From a virus (Duplodnaviria; Caudoviricetes): DNA of 53,113 bases. Position 1 is the first letter of the stretch. Every line of letters begins with the position of its first letter. The position numbers and the translations under genes were made by a program. The stretch lies in the IMG/VR virus record IMGVR_UViG_3300017989_000146, positions 1-53,113 of that record. One strand, 5' to 3'. Under the pieces are notes generated by a model. The model was not told the origin of the DNA and did no database searches. It saw only the letters and a list, made by a program, of their open reading frames with translations. Positions 44,980 to 53,113 of the stretch are shown here, in pieces.

Positions 44980-46518
44980 ATGGCGAAGAAAGAGGCAGCA
45001 ACGAAGAAAAAACCGGTGAAGACGAAGGGGGGCGGTGGGCCGAAGCTGGTCATCATCGATCTCTTCGTCGAAAATTACGGGAACATCAGGGCCTTGCAGG
45101 TCAGGCCGAAACCGGATCGCCGCATGGTCAAGGTGTCCGGTGCGAACGCCGCCGGCAAGTCCAATACGATCAACTCCTTCTGGGCGGCGATCGGCGGGGC
45201 GAAGGCCAGGCCGAAGGTACCGCTCCGCGCCGGGGCGAGGTCGGGGAAGGTTCGTGCCGAGCTTGGCATGATCGACAGCATGGAGGTGGCCGAGTTCGTC
45301 GTCGAGTGGCGGTTCAACGATCGCGGTCGCGATGAGCTGTCTATCAGGGGACAGGATGGCAAGGATGTCCCCGGCGGACCCAGGACATTCATCGACCGGA
45401 TGCTCCAGGTCGCCAACGGCTCAGATCCAAAGGCAGCCCGTTATGCGACCGACCCCATGACGTTCGCCGCCGAGTGCGAGCACAATCCGAAACGGGCGAT
45501 GGAAACCCTCCTGGAAGTCCTGGGTGACCAGCTCCCGAAAGGGTGGTCCCTGGCCGCGGTGAACGCGAAGCGTGACGATATCTTCGAACAGCGCACCGTC
45601 GTCAATAGGGAAGTGAAGCGCCTGAAGACCCTTCTCGAGACAATGCCGCGCAAGAAAGTCGAACGCGTCGACGTTACCGACCTCGTCAACAGGCAGCAGG
45701 AAATCCGCCAGAGGCAGACCGAGATCCAGGAAATCATCAACGACGCCGACCGCGCCGAGACCGCCGTCACGACTGCACAGGACCGCGTGACCGCCGCGAA
45801 GGAGAATGTCACCGAGGCCGAGGCCTTGGTCGAGGATCTGAAACGGCAGCTCGAAGAGGCTGAAACGGGTCTTCTGGCGAAGAAAGGAATCGTCGACACC
45901 GAGACGAAGCAGCGTGCATTCAACCAGAAATTGGCGAATACCGCCGCAAGCAAGGCCAAGGCTGTCGCCCGGGAATCCGACGACCTCGCCTCCGAAACCG
46001 AGGAAATCGACGTCAAGCTCACCGACGCCGCCGAGATGAACGAGGCCGCTTCGAGATGGGATGAGCGCGTCAGGACGCACAAAGAGCTGCGCGTGGCGGA
46101 AGAGAAGGCTCAGGGCATGACCAACGAAATCCAGGCGATCGACGACGAGAAAGCCGAAATCTTCGGAGCCCTTGAAATGCCGGTCAAGGGGATGGGCCTC
46201 GACGAAGAGGTCGGAGTCACGTTCAAGAGCCTCCCGGTCGAGCAGGCATCCGAGTCTCAGAAGATGATGATCGGCGTCGGTGTCCTGGCCGCGCGGAATC
46301 CCGAGATCCGCGTCATCAGGTTCGAACACGCGAGCCTCCTCGACTCGAAGATGGAAAAATATCTCGAATCTCTCTGCTTCGACCACGACCTCTACGTCTG
46401 GTGTGAGAAGGTCGACGACTCGGAAGGAGTACAGGGCATCAAGATCATCGACGGTGAGATCGCCGGTGATGAAGACGGCATCTCTGTCCCGGTTACGCCT
46501 GACGACGAAGCCGAGTAA
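44980..46518 (+). CDS. SMC/Rad50-like P-loop ATPase with long coiled coil
   Basis: SGANAAGKS Walker A, central coiled coil, QAS.SQ signature-like, SLLD; AGGAG RBS. Confidence 0.82.
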   Translation: MAKKEAATKKKPVKTKGGGGPKLVIIDLFVENYGNIRALQVRPKPDRRMVKVSGANAAGKSNTINSFWAAIGGAKARPKVPLRAGARSGKVRAELGMIDSMEVAEFVVEWRFNDRGRDELSIRGQDGKDVPGGPRTFIDRMLQVANGSDPKAARYATDPMTFAAECEHNPKRAMETLLEVLGDQLPKGWSLAAVNAKRDDIFEQRTVVNREVKRLKTLLETMPRKKVERVDVTDLVNRQQEIRQRQTEIQEIINDADRAETAVTTAQDRVTAAKENVTEAEALVEDLKRQLEEAETGLLAKKGIVDTETKQRAFNQKLANTAASKAKAVARESDDLASETEEIDVKLTDAAEMNEAASRWDERVRTHKELRVAEEKAQGMTNEIQAIDDEKAEIFGALEMPVKGMGLDEEVGVTFKSLPVEQASESQKMMIGVGVLAARNPEIRVIRFEHASLLDSKMEKYLESLCFDHDLYVWCEKVDDSEGVQGIKIIDGEIAGDEDGISVPVTPDDEAE

Positions 46519-46561
46519 CACGGTGACTGCTCACGAAGCGTGCCGCCGGGGAGCGCGGGAA

Positions 46562-46762
46562 ATGGAAGCAATGGCGAAGATCAGGTTCGGAGACGACATC
46601 GTGGCGAGTGCTACGGTGCTTCGATACCCTGCCGATCTCGGCTTTGAGCTCCTGGTCCCGAAGAGCGCCATGCTCCCCGACGGCTTCGCGTGGTACGCCC
46701 GAGCGTGCTGCAAGTGGGATATGCGCCGGCGAGGCTGGCGCCGATTACTACAGGAGAAATAA
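46562..46762 (+). CDS. hypothetical protein
   Basis: GGGGAG RBS; fills the intergenic gap. Confidence 0.45.
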   Translation: MEAMAKIRFGDDIVASATVLRYPADLGFELLVPKSAMLPDGFAWYARACCKWDMRRRGWRRLLQEK

Positions 46763-46763
46763 A

Positions 46764-47225
46764 ATGGCCATCAAAATTTCAGACAGATCATATAATGATC
46801 TTGAAAAAGACGAGGAATACATGGATGCAATCAGGGCAGCCGCGTTCCTCGGTGATGGATGGAAACCTCAAGATGTCATCAGCCTGTTCTATCGCCAGCA
46901 TGTTTCCGGGGTGAAGTGTTCACCCCCGTACGGACCAATGGGCCTCAGGGTATTCATCAAAGTCGATTCACTGATCACGTTCAAGAAGGCAAGCCCGAAC
47001 CCTCCGAAAAGAAGAAAAACCCCCGCGAAAAGTGTTCAGGGCCGACTCTCCAAGACCCAGCGTTTGATAAATCCTGAAGTGACAGATGTCGTACTCAGTA
47101 TCAAGAAAGACCTCTGGGAACAGGTCGTCGCCGCCGGCGACCTCGTTGGAATAGATCCGAATGACGTCGTCGTCGGGGTCTTGAAGAAAAAATTCTCTGG
47201 GCGCGTTGTCATCACCAAGGGGTAA
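46764..47225 (+). CDS. hypothetical protein with RHH-like C-terminus
   Basis: AGGAG RBS; VVLSIKKDLWEQVVAAGDLVGIDPNDVVVGVLKKKF. Confidence 0.55.
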   Translation: MAIKISDRSYNDLEKDEEYMDAIRAAAFLGDGWKPQDVISLFYRQHVSGVKCSPPYGPMGLRVFIKVDSLITFKKASPNPPKRRKTPAKSVQGRLSKTQRLINPEVTDVVLSIKKDLWEQVVAAGDLVGIDPNDVVVGVLKKKFSGRVVITKG

Positions 47226-47228
47226 TCG

Positions 47229-47396
47229 ATGGACCCGCGAGACAAGGCGATCACTGCATACTGTAATCACTACTGTGAATGGGGAGGGTCATTCGACCCT
47301 GCTCAATGCCCGGTCTGCCCTCTCTTCAGGTGGTCACCATGGAAAGACGAAATGACTGCTGCTATGGCCAGGCTACAGGCGAGGTGTAAAAAATGA
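47229..47396 (+). CDS. small Zn-finger-like protein (55 aa, not in ORF track)
   Basis: AAGGGG RBS; KAITAYCNHYC...CPVCPLF. Confidence 0.55.
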   Translation: MDPRDKAITAYCNHYCEWGGSFDPAQCPVCPLFRWSPWKDEMTAAMARLQARCKK

Positions 47397-47695
47397 AAGC
47401 GACTTTGTACCGAAGCTGCGTGACGTGGCCGAAGAATGACGTTGACGCTTTGACTGACATGGTTCAGGGGGCCGAGCAGGTGACTAGGAAAACATTCCTG
47501 CGCCACGTCGATCGGGATTCCCTGGCGTCGGTCGAGAAAGCTCTCGGCTATGCCGACCATCCGGCTCGGGGTCTCACCATGGGGAGAGATCAGTGCGTCA
47601 CATACCTCCGTGGTGTGATCCGGGGGAAGACGGGTTACTTCTTCGACTGGTCATGCATCGAGCATGTTTTTACAGATGGAGGCGCCCGACCATGA
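47393..47695 (+). CDS. hypothetical protein
   Basis: GAGGTG RBS; TF.RHV, LGY, YFF.WS.IEHVF. Confidence 0.68.
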   Translation: MKATLYRSCVTWPKNDVDALTDMVQGAEQVTRKTFLRHVDRDSLASVEKALGYADHPARGLTMGRDQCVTYLRGVIRGKTGYFFDWSCIEHVFTDGGARP

Positions 47696-47901
47696 TGGCC
47701 AAGCTCATCAATCCTCAGACCGACCTTGAAAAACATATGGTCAGGATCGGGATCATAGACGTTGAGTTCATCGCTCACGTCTGGTCTGCCGGGACTCAGT
47801 TCGCGCGAGTGAAGGACCCCGAGGTCGGTGTGACGTATCTTGTCAGACCAGGGTCTCTCACAATCGAAGGAGGTCAGAATCCATTATCGGGAAGGGGGTG
47901 A
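47692..47901 (+). CDS. hypothetical protein
   Basis: GGAGG RBS, ATGA overlap. Confidence 0.5.
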   Translation: MMAKLINPQTDLEKHMVRIGIIDVEFIAHVWSAGTQFARVKDPEVGVTYLVRPGSLTIEGGQNPLSGRG

Positions 47902-47908
47902 GTTGATC

Positions 47909-48109
47909 ATGAAGGAAAAGAAAAAGCGCTCCGTTTCATTCTCAACGAAGGAGCTGGCAGTTATCGTCGATGCATCTCCGGATGAGATCGGAGAGGCTGC
48001 CAGGAAAAATCTCTTCGGGGCAAACGCTTTCAAACATGGTCGCCGGTGGCGCTTCCGTACTGCGGCGATCAAGCAGTTCAACGATTGGAGGGATTCTAAG
48101 GATGTCTGA
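47909..48109 (+). CDS. excisionase/MerR-like HTH DNA-binding protein
   Basis: FSTKELA......EI....RK.....AFK.GRRWRF. Confidence 0.7.
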   Translation: MKEKKKRSVSFSTKELAVIVDASPDEIGEAARKNLFGANAFKHGRRWRFRTAAIKQFNDWRDSKDV

Positions 48110-48320
48110 GAAAGCCTGGATCATCTACGACGGCCGAGCACATTCAGGTGATACCGATGACGCCTGTATCTATGTTTCATTTTCGAGTATCGAGGGATTC
48201 ACGCGACGGAAGGTGAAACGGTATCGGTGGAAGCACTTCAGAGACGGCGCCATTTATGAGTATGATGTCATCAAAAAACCAGACGTCGATGAACTCGTGA
48301 ACGAGACGTACATCAGTTAA
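48102..48320 (+). CDS. hypothetical protein
   Basis: GGAGG RBS; IYDGRA..GDTDDA. Confidence 0.6.
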   Translation: MSEKAWIIYDGRAHSGDTDDACIYVSFSSIEGFTRRKVKRYRWKHFRDGAIYEYDVIKKPDVDELVNETYIS

Positions 48321-48343
48321 CGACAGCCAGGAGGAACAGAGAG

Positions 48344-48784
48344 ATGGAGAAAAAGGATCTTCAGAGATTCGCAGAGCTGAGCGTCAAGAAAAAAGAGCTG
48401 AAAGATGCGCTAGATGCGGTCAAGACCGAGATCTATTTGCTCGGGGGCCCGATCAGTCGCGGTGACGGGACCCTCCTCGATCAGTTCGTCGATGAAGGTA
48501 TCCAGACGATTCGCACCACCGGCAAGAACGCTCGCACGATCTACGTCCACAGGACGATCCTGTCCAGACCGGCGAATGGACTCAAGCGCCACGAGACGGT
48601 CGAGGGTGTCCGCGCTGCCGGCTTCGGAGACCTGATCAAAGAGGATTACTCAACGCAGTCGCTTGACGCGGCGGTCAGGGATATGCTGAAAGAGGATGAG
48701 GAGCTGGAACCGAACATCGTCGAACAGCGCTTCGACGGGAAGATCGAGGTATTCGAGGAAATTTCTCTTCGCGCCCGGAAATAA
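48344..48784 (+). CDS. hypothetical replication-module protein (N-terminal coiled coil)
   Basis: AGGAGG RBS; L.DQF...G.Q.I, G.GDLIKE....QSL.A.VR. Confidence 0.7.
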   Translation: MEKKDLQRFAELSVKKKELKDALDAVKTEIYLLGGPISRGDGTLLDQFVDEGIQTIRTTGKNARTIYVHRTILSRPANGLKRHETVEGVRAAGFGDLIKEDYSTQSLDAAVRDMLKEDEELEPNIVEQRFDGKIEVFEEISLRARK

Positions 48785-48798
48785 ACCTGATTTTGGGG

Positions 48799-48828
48799 TT
48801 GACGAAATTTAACATCTTTTGATAAATT
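48799..48828 (+). promoter_or_regulatory. sigma70 promoter for replication genes, overlapped by TTTTGATAAATT
   Basis: TTGACG 48799-48804, 18-nt spacer, TG-a-TAAATT; same 12-mer as in the early promoter. Confidence 0.7.
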
Positions 48829-48872
48829 AGACTTTAGCCAACCTCAGTGAATCACTACCACTGGAGAACAAG

Positions 48873-49052
48873 ATGCCGACACCCCGAACTCGCAGACCCT
48901 ACAAAGGAGACCGCTCTGAGCAGGTCAACTTCCAATGCCCGTCAGACCTCTGGGCGAAAGTCATGAAGGGCCGTCGCGCTGGCATGACGAAGACCGACGT
49001 GTATGTCGAGATGTTCCGCCTTGGTGTCCAGGCCAGGGACGCTCGCAAATGA
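48873..49052 (+). CDS. ribbon-helix-helix (Arc/CopG-like) regulator, 59 aa, not in ORF track
   Basis: GGAG RBS; QVNFQCPSDLWAKVMKGRRAGMTKTDVYVEMFRLGV; stop overlaps the helicase ATG. Confidence 0.6.
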   Translation: MPTPRTRRPYKGDRSEQVNFQCPSDLWAKVMKGRRAGMTKTDVYVEMFRLGVQARDARK

Positions 49053-50863
49053 CTCACGCCGGCTGGATGGAGGCGAAGGCCGGCAGGATCAACCTCAAAC
49101 TCCCCTATGCGATGCGCGACGTCTGCAAGGCTACACCGGCAGCGACGTGGGATAAGCATGCGAAGGTGTGGACCTACCCGGCGACTCCGAACACCGCAAG
49201 GACGATGATCCGCGTGTTCAAACAGGCTGGCGTGGCAGTCCACGATCGGGAGGGGTCGGTCGCCGCGATAGTCGAGAGTGAACGACTAGCATACCTGGCG
49301 ATCGACCCCGACCACGAACCCCCGCCGATTCCTCAGACGTGGGGTGAAGACCCTCCAAGAGAATGCCAGATTCGATCATTCTGGTTCGCCACTCACCTAC
49401 GAGGTGCTCAACTCGGTCACGAGATGGGAGTCGGAAAATCAAGGGTAGTGGTCGACCTCACCGGGAACCACGATGATATTCAGACGGCCTTGATTATCTG
49501 TCCGCATGGAGTTGTCGACGTCTGGCCAGAGCAGTTCGCAAAACACGGACCAGGCGGTGATGACATCATGGTCGTCCCTCTTGTAAAGGGGACCGTCGTC
49601 AAGAAAACCGAGTTGGCGGAAGAGGCGATCGAGCGAGCTGCGACACGAGGACAAAAGCTGATCCTCGTGATCAACTTCGAGTCAGTGTGGCGACCACCAT
49701 TCGGCCCTGACTATGACGATCGCAACAGGATGATCAGGCGAGGATTCGCAATCGAGCGTACCTGGGATATGGTGGTGCTCGATGAGGCCCACAGAATCAA
49801 AGCCCCCGGTGGTAGAGCATCGTGGTTCTGCTCCAGGCTCAGGGACAGGGCCGCGCGCCGAATCGGATTGACGGGGACCCCGCTTCATCATTCGAAGCTG
49901 GATATCTATGCTCAATACCGATTCCTCGATCCGTCAATTTACGGGACGAACTATACCCTATTCAAAAGACGCTATGCTGTCCTCGGGGGGAAGTCAGGCC
50001 ATCAAGTCATGCGTGACAGCCGAGGGCGAGAACGATGGCTCAACGAAGATGAGTTCAACGAACGATTCCACCGAATCAGCTATCGTGTCGAGGCCGATGA
50101 GGTTCTCGATTTACCACCCTTCACGCACATCATGAGAACATGCGATCTCAGCCCCAAGGCCAGGAGGATCTACGAGGGGCTTGCCGATGAATTCTGGGCA
50201 GAGCTGGACGGCGGGTCAGAGTTGACGCCGGCGAACAGTCTCGTTCGAAGCCTTCGATTCAGTCAGATCACATCAGGTCACGTCTGTGATGACGACGGCA
50301 GGCTGGTGACTGTAGACGACGCGAAACTCAAACTGCTTGAAGATGTCATGCAGGAAATCGCCCAGGATGAGCCGATCGTCGTGTTCTGTCGGTTCAGGCC
50401 CGATCTCGAGAGAGTCCACGCCGTCGCTGAGAAACTCGGTCGGACGTCATGCGAATTATCGGGGTCGAGAAAAGAGAAGGAGCTGTTCACCGGAAAGAGG
50501 ACGGTTCCTGATGGAAAGGGAGGGACTACGGTTGAAACATTTACTCCGAGCGCCGACGTCATCGCTGTTCAGGTGAAGTCAGGCGGACTTGGTATCGACC
50601 TGACCCGCTCTCGATACTGTATCTGTTTCTCAATCGGATGGTCACTCGGGGATTACGAGCAGCTCCTGAGGCGTGTCCTACGTCCTGGGCAGACTCGCTC
50701 TGGATTTTTCATCCACCTGGTAGCCAACAATACTGTCGACGTAGCGGTCTATCGTGGGCTGGCCGCAGGAAAGGAGGTGACAGAAGAAGTCTACGATTAT
50801 TTCAGGGGCAGGAGCGCTGAGCGGCGAATCGCTGCTGCAGAGGCGCACAACGAGACAATCTAA
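49049..50863 (+). CDS. SNF2-family (SF2) helicase
   Basis: EMGVGKS, LIICP, VINFE, VLDEAHRIK, LTGTP, VVFCRF, GG.GIDLT, Q...R..R.GQ. Confidence 0.92.
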   Translation: MTHAGWMEAKAGRINLKLPYAMRDVCKATPAATWDKHAKVWTYPATPNTARTMIRVFKQAGVAVHDREGSVAAIVESERLAYLAIDPDHEPPPIPQTWGEDPPRECQIRSFWFATHLRGAQLGHEMGVGKSRVVVDLTGNHDDIQTALIICPHGVVDVWPEQFAKHGPGGDDIMVVPLVKGTVVKKTELAEEAIERAATRGQKLILVINFESVWRPPFGPDYDDRNRMIRRGFAIERTWDMVVLDEAHRIKAPGGRASWFCSRLRDRAARRIGLTGTPLHHSKLDIYAQYRFLDPSIYGTNYTLFKRRYAVLGGKSGHQVMRDSRGRERWLNEDEFNERFHRISYRVEADEVLDLPPFTHIMRTCDLSPKARRIYEGLADEFWAELDGGSELTPANSLVRSLRFSQITSGHVCDDDGRLVTVDDAKLKLLEDVMQEIAQDEPIVVFCRFRPDLERVHAVAEKLGRTSCELSGSRKEKELFTGKRTVPDGKGGTTVETFTPSADVIAVQVKSGGLGIDLTRSRYCICFSIGWSLGDYEQLLRRVLRPGQTRSGFFIHLVANNTVDVAVYRGLAAGKEVTEEVYDYFRGRSAERRIAAAEAHNETI

Positions 50864-50887
50864 TGAAAGACGAAAGGACTGAAACCA

Positions 50888-51649
50888 ATGTCAAAGAAGA
50901 ATGGAACGAAGAACGGGAGCAGCACGGCACTCGTGAAGGCCGGCGAATTCACGATCATCAAGACCGACGCCGAGGAGCTGATGGAGCTGATCGAAGAAAA
51001 CCTGGCAGACGGGTCGATCGGCCCGATGTCGATGGACAGGATCAGAGTCCCGGCTGGTGGTGGGTCGACCTTTTCTGTCCCGGCCCTGGCCGAAGGCGAT
51101 GAGACGAAAGTCGAGACGATCGACTGCATCATCGTCGGCAAGAAGAAGCATCGGGCCAGGTGGGCGAAGTCGATCGACGAGTCCCCCGGGGGCAGTCCGC
51201 CCGACTGCTTCTCGCCTGACGGGAAGAACGGGATCGGTGACCCCGGCGGTGTCTGCGCCGACTGTCCCTATGACGAGTTCAAGCAGGTCGGGGACAACGA
51301 AGCTTACAAGAAGAAGGGCTGCAAAGAGATGCTGTTCATCATCGCGGTCCGCCCGGACGAGCGACTGCCGATCGCCATCGTCGCCCCGCCGGGATCCCTT
51401 CGCAACGCGGATGATTACCTGAAGAGGCTCACCGCGAAGGGGATCTTCTACTACGGCGCGGTCACCAGGATCGGGCTTGAGCAGGACAAGAACAAGCTCG
51501 GTCGTGAATACTCGAAACTCACCTTCGCCATGGGGCAGAAAATCGAGGGTGCGGACTTCGAGGCCGTGAAGGCATTCCAGAAAACGTTCAAGGGTATCCT
51601 CGAAGGCCGGGCGTTCGACGTCACCGACGATGAGGCCGCATTGACCTAG
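50888..51649 (+). CDS. putative ssDNA-binding/annealing protein with Zn-binding Cys
   Basis: RI.VP.GG...F, PDC.S.DG..G....G.C..CP..EF...GCK, P..SL, YS...F; between helicase and primase. Confidence 0.65.
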   Translation: MSKKNGTKNGSSTALVKAGEFTIIKTDAEELMELIEENLADGSIGPMSMDRIRVPAGGGSTFSVPALAEGDETKVETIDCIIVGKKKHRARWAKSIDESPGGSPPDCFSPDGKNGIGDPGGVCADCPYDEFKQVGDNEAYKKKGCKEMLFIIAVRPDERLPIAIVAPPGSLRNADDYLKRLTAKGIFYYGAVTRIGLEQDKNKLGREYSKLTFAMGQKIEGADFEAVKAFQKTFKGILEGRAFDVTDDEAALT

Positions 51650-51668
51650 CAACACCGCGGAGGGGCAG

Positions 51669-51707
51669 CCGGCGACCTCGCGCAGTATTCGGGCGCGGGG
51701 TCGCCGG
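51669..51707 (+). promoter_or_regulatory. GC-rich hairpin upstream of the primase
   Basis: CCGGCGACCTCGCGC / GCGCGGGGTCGCCGG. Confidence 0.4.
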
Positions 51708-51736
51708 TGATACCCGCAACGACTTCGGGGGCCGAC

Positions 51737-53113
51737 ATGGCTAAGAAAAAATCAACAGGCGACGAACGAGTCGCCACCATAGAACAGTTCCTCCGAACAC
51801 TCTTTTCAGAAAAACCAGACTCAGAATATATTCTCATCTGGACGTTGAAAGGAAAGCGGTCAGCCTGGTTCAGTGATATCGACAAGGCTGTTGCTCATGT
51901 AATAAAAGCCAAGGGGGATGTATATGTCGGCGTCGGGACATCTCCGAAGAGCATGGGGCCGGCGAAGAGATGTCCTGCTTCACAGATCAGTACTTTTCCA
52001 GGCCTATTCGCTGATATTGATGTAGCCGGCCCGGCTCATAAAAGCCCACGACTACCGAAGTCGAGGGGCCAGGCCATGGCGATCGTCGAAGCCCTTGGGG
52101 TCCCGCCGTCGATTATCGTCAATTCAGGACACGGTATCCAGGCGTGGTGGTTATTCAAGGAGCCGTGGACGTTCGATGATGCAGACGAGCGACGTCGGGC
52201 GCAGACTCTTTCACGAGCTTGGGTTCGGGCCCTTTCCAGAGAGGCTGAGGCGATGGGCGCCGGAATCGATATCAGCGTCAACGACCTCGCTCGTGTCCTT
52301 CGCATCCCAGGGACGACGAACTGTAAACTGGACCCCGTCCCCGTCACCCTCGTCCGAGAAAGCGCCGTAAGGTCCGACCCGTCTGATCTCGAAGAGCTGG
52401 TTGATTGGGCGATTGAGCAGGATGACGGGCGAGGGAAACCTGGGCAACATGTTGAATCTGACGACGATGAGCTCATCTTGGATTCTGGCGCGAACCCACC
52501 TTTCATGAAACACGACGTCAGCCTTGAAAATTCCGATAAATATGCAGCGACGTGGGCGCGGACTCGGAAGGATTTAAAAGACCTGAGTGCCTCAGGCTAC
52601 GATATGGCTCTGGCGTGTCTCTGTGCGATCCACGGGTACACTGATCAGGAAATCGCTGATACCCTGATCGCCTGCCGGCGGAAGCATAGCGATGATCTCA
52701 AGCTCAGGGTCGACTATTACCGATCGACTATCAATCGAGCGAAAAAATTCATCAAGCAGCGTGACGCACAAGACCGGCTGGAAGAGGAAAGTGGAAAAGA
52801 CGACGGGCCGGTTCCTGATGATGATAAACCATCCCTGCTTGAAACCCTCTCAGATGTTCTCGGAATTAGGGTCACCCGGATCGTTAAATTTTTATCAGAC
52901 CCTCCGACTTATCGGCTGGAAACATCAAGAGGGAAAGTCGTCCTCGGTGAAGTACAGAATCTCATTCAGCAAGCCCAATTTCGAAACCACGTCGCAGCAG
53001 CGACTAACGTCTACATCCAGGGATTCAAGCCTCCTGCGTGGGCGGTCATCGCTCAGAAGCTCCTCGATGTTCTCGATGAAGAAAGTGTCGGGGACGATAA
53101 TACCGAAGAGGGC
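51737..53113 (+). CDS. RepB-like (AEP superfamily) primase, 3'-truncated, not in ORF track
   Basis: Open frame from ATG 51737 to the window end: DVYVGV, LFADID, PPS.IV.SGHG.QAWW...EP, DLARVLRIPGT.N.K, helical S.S.YD..LA domain. Confidence 0.88.
   Translation, partial: MAKKKSTGDERVATIEQFLRTLFSEKPDSEYILIWTLKGKRSAWFSDIDKAVAHVIKAKGDVYVGVGTSPKSMGPAKRCPASQISTFPGLFADIDVAGPAHKSPRLPKSRGQAMAIVEALGVPPSIIVNSGHGIQAWWLFKEPWTFDDADERRRAQTLSRAWVRALSREAEAMGAGIDISVNDLARVLRIPGTTNCKLDPVPVTLVRESAVRSDPSDLEELVDWAIEQDDGRGKPGQHVESDDDELILDSGANPPFMKHDVSLENSDKYAATWARTRKDLKDLSASGYDMALACLCAIHGYTDQEIADTLIACRRKHSDDLKLRVDYYRSTINRAKKFIKQRDAQDRLEEESGKDDGPVPDDDKPSLLETLSDVLGIRVTRIVKFLSDPPTYRLETSRGKVVLGEVQNLIQQAQFRNHVAAATNVYIQGFKPPAWAVIAQKLLDVLDEESVGDDNTEEG

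Noticed and set aside
45421-46521. Long minus-strand ORFs (also 4279-5016, 18931-19731, 25894-26676, 36833-37729, 41910-42740, 50891-51655)
   Set aside because: They are antisense shadows of codon-biased + strand genes, with no recognisable motifs
47909-48109. Excisionase implying an integrating prophage
   Set aside because: No integrase, att site or host genes in the window; this HTH family has many other roles
1-53113. Terminal redundancy/circularity, tRNA genes, DGR
   Set aside because: The ends do not overlap (primase and helicase are both truncated); I recognised no tRNA cloverleaf, reverse transcriptase or TR/VR pair by eye

Overview
This window is most of a ~53+ kb tailed dsDNA phage genome with a contractile (myovirus-type) tail. 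All credible genes are on the + strand, and the window opens and closes inside the replication module. Gene order: (1) SF1 helicase (5'-truncated), stand-alone TSCPD protein, VRR-NUC and Cas4-like nucleases, DUF5131, NlpC/P60 and small membrane/secreted proteins (1-9.2 kb); (2) a stand-alone gene behind a structured leader (9.2-9.8 kb); (3) a ParB-like protein and two GREB1/TAGT-like glycosyltransferases, one broken by a 20-bp tandem duplication, directly upstream of the terminase (9.9-12.3 kb); (4) packaging, head, neck, tail, baseplate and fibre genes (12.3-38.5 kb); (5) a consensus sigma70 promoter with operator-like repeats driving an early region of small genes separated by repeated hairpin+RBS elements, including DUF932 and RadC/JAB (38.7-44.9 kb); (6) an SMC-like ATPase, HTH/RHH regulators, SNF2 helicase, SSB-like protein and a RepB-like primase running off the 3' end. 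I saw no integrase, DNA polymerase, tRNA or CRISPR array. The best leads are the TET-less ParB/double-glycosyltransferase module, the cassette-like hairpin repeats of the early region, one domain inserted into four different tail proteins, an oversized XkdF-type protease, and a shared operator next to an unannotated RHH gene. All family assignments come from motif recognition by eye, with no database searches.
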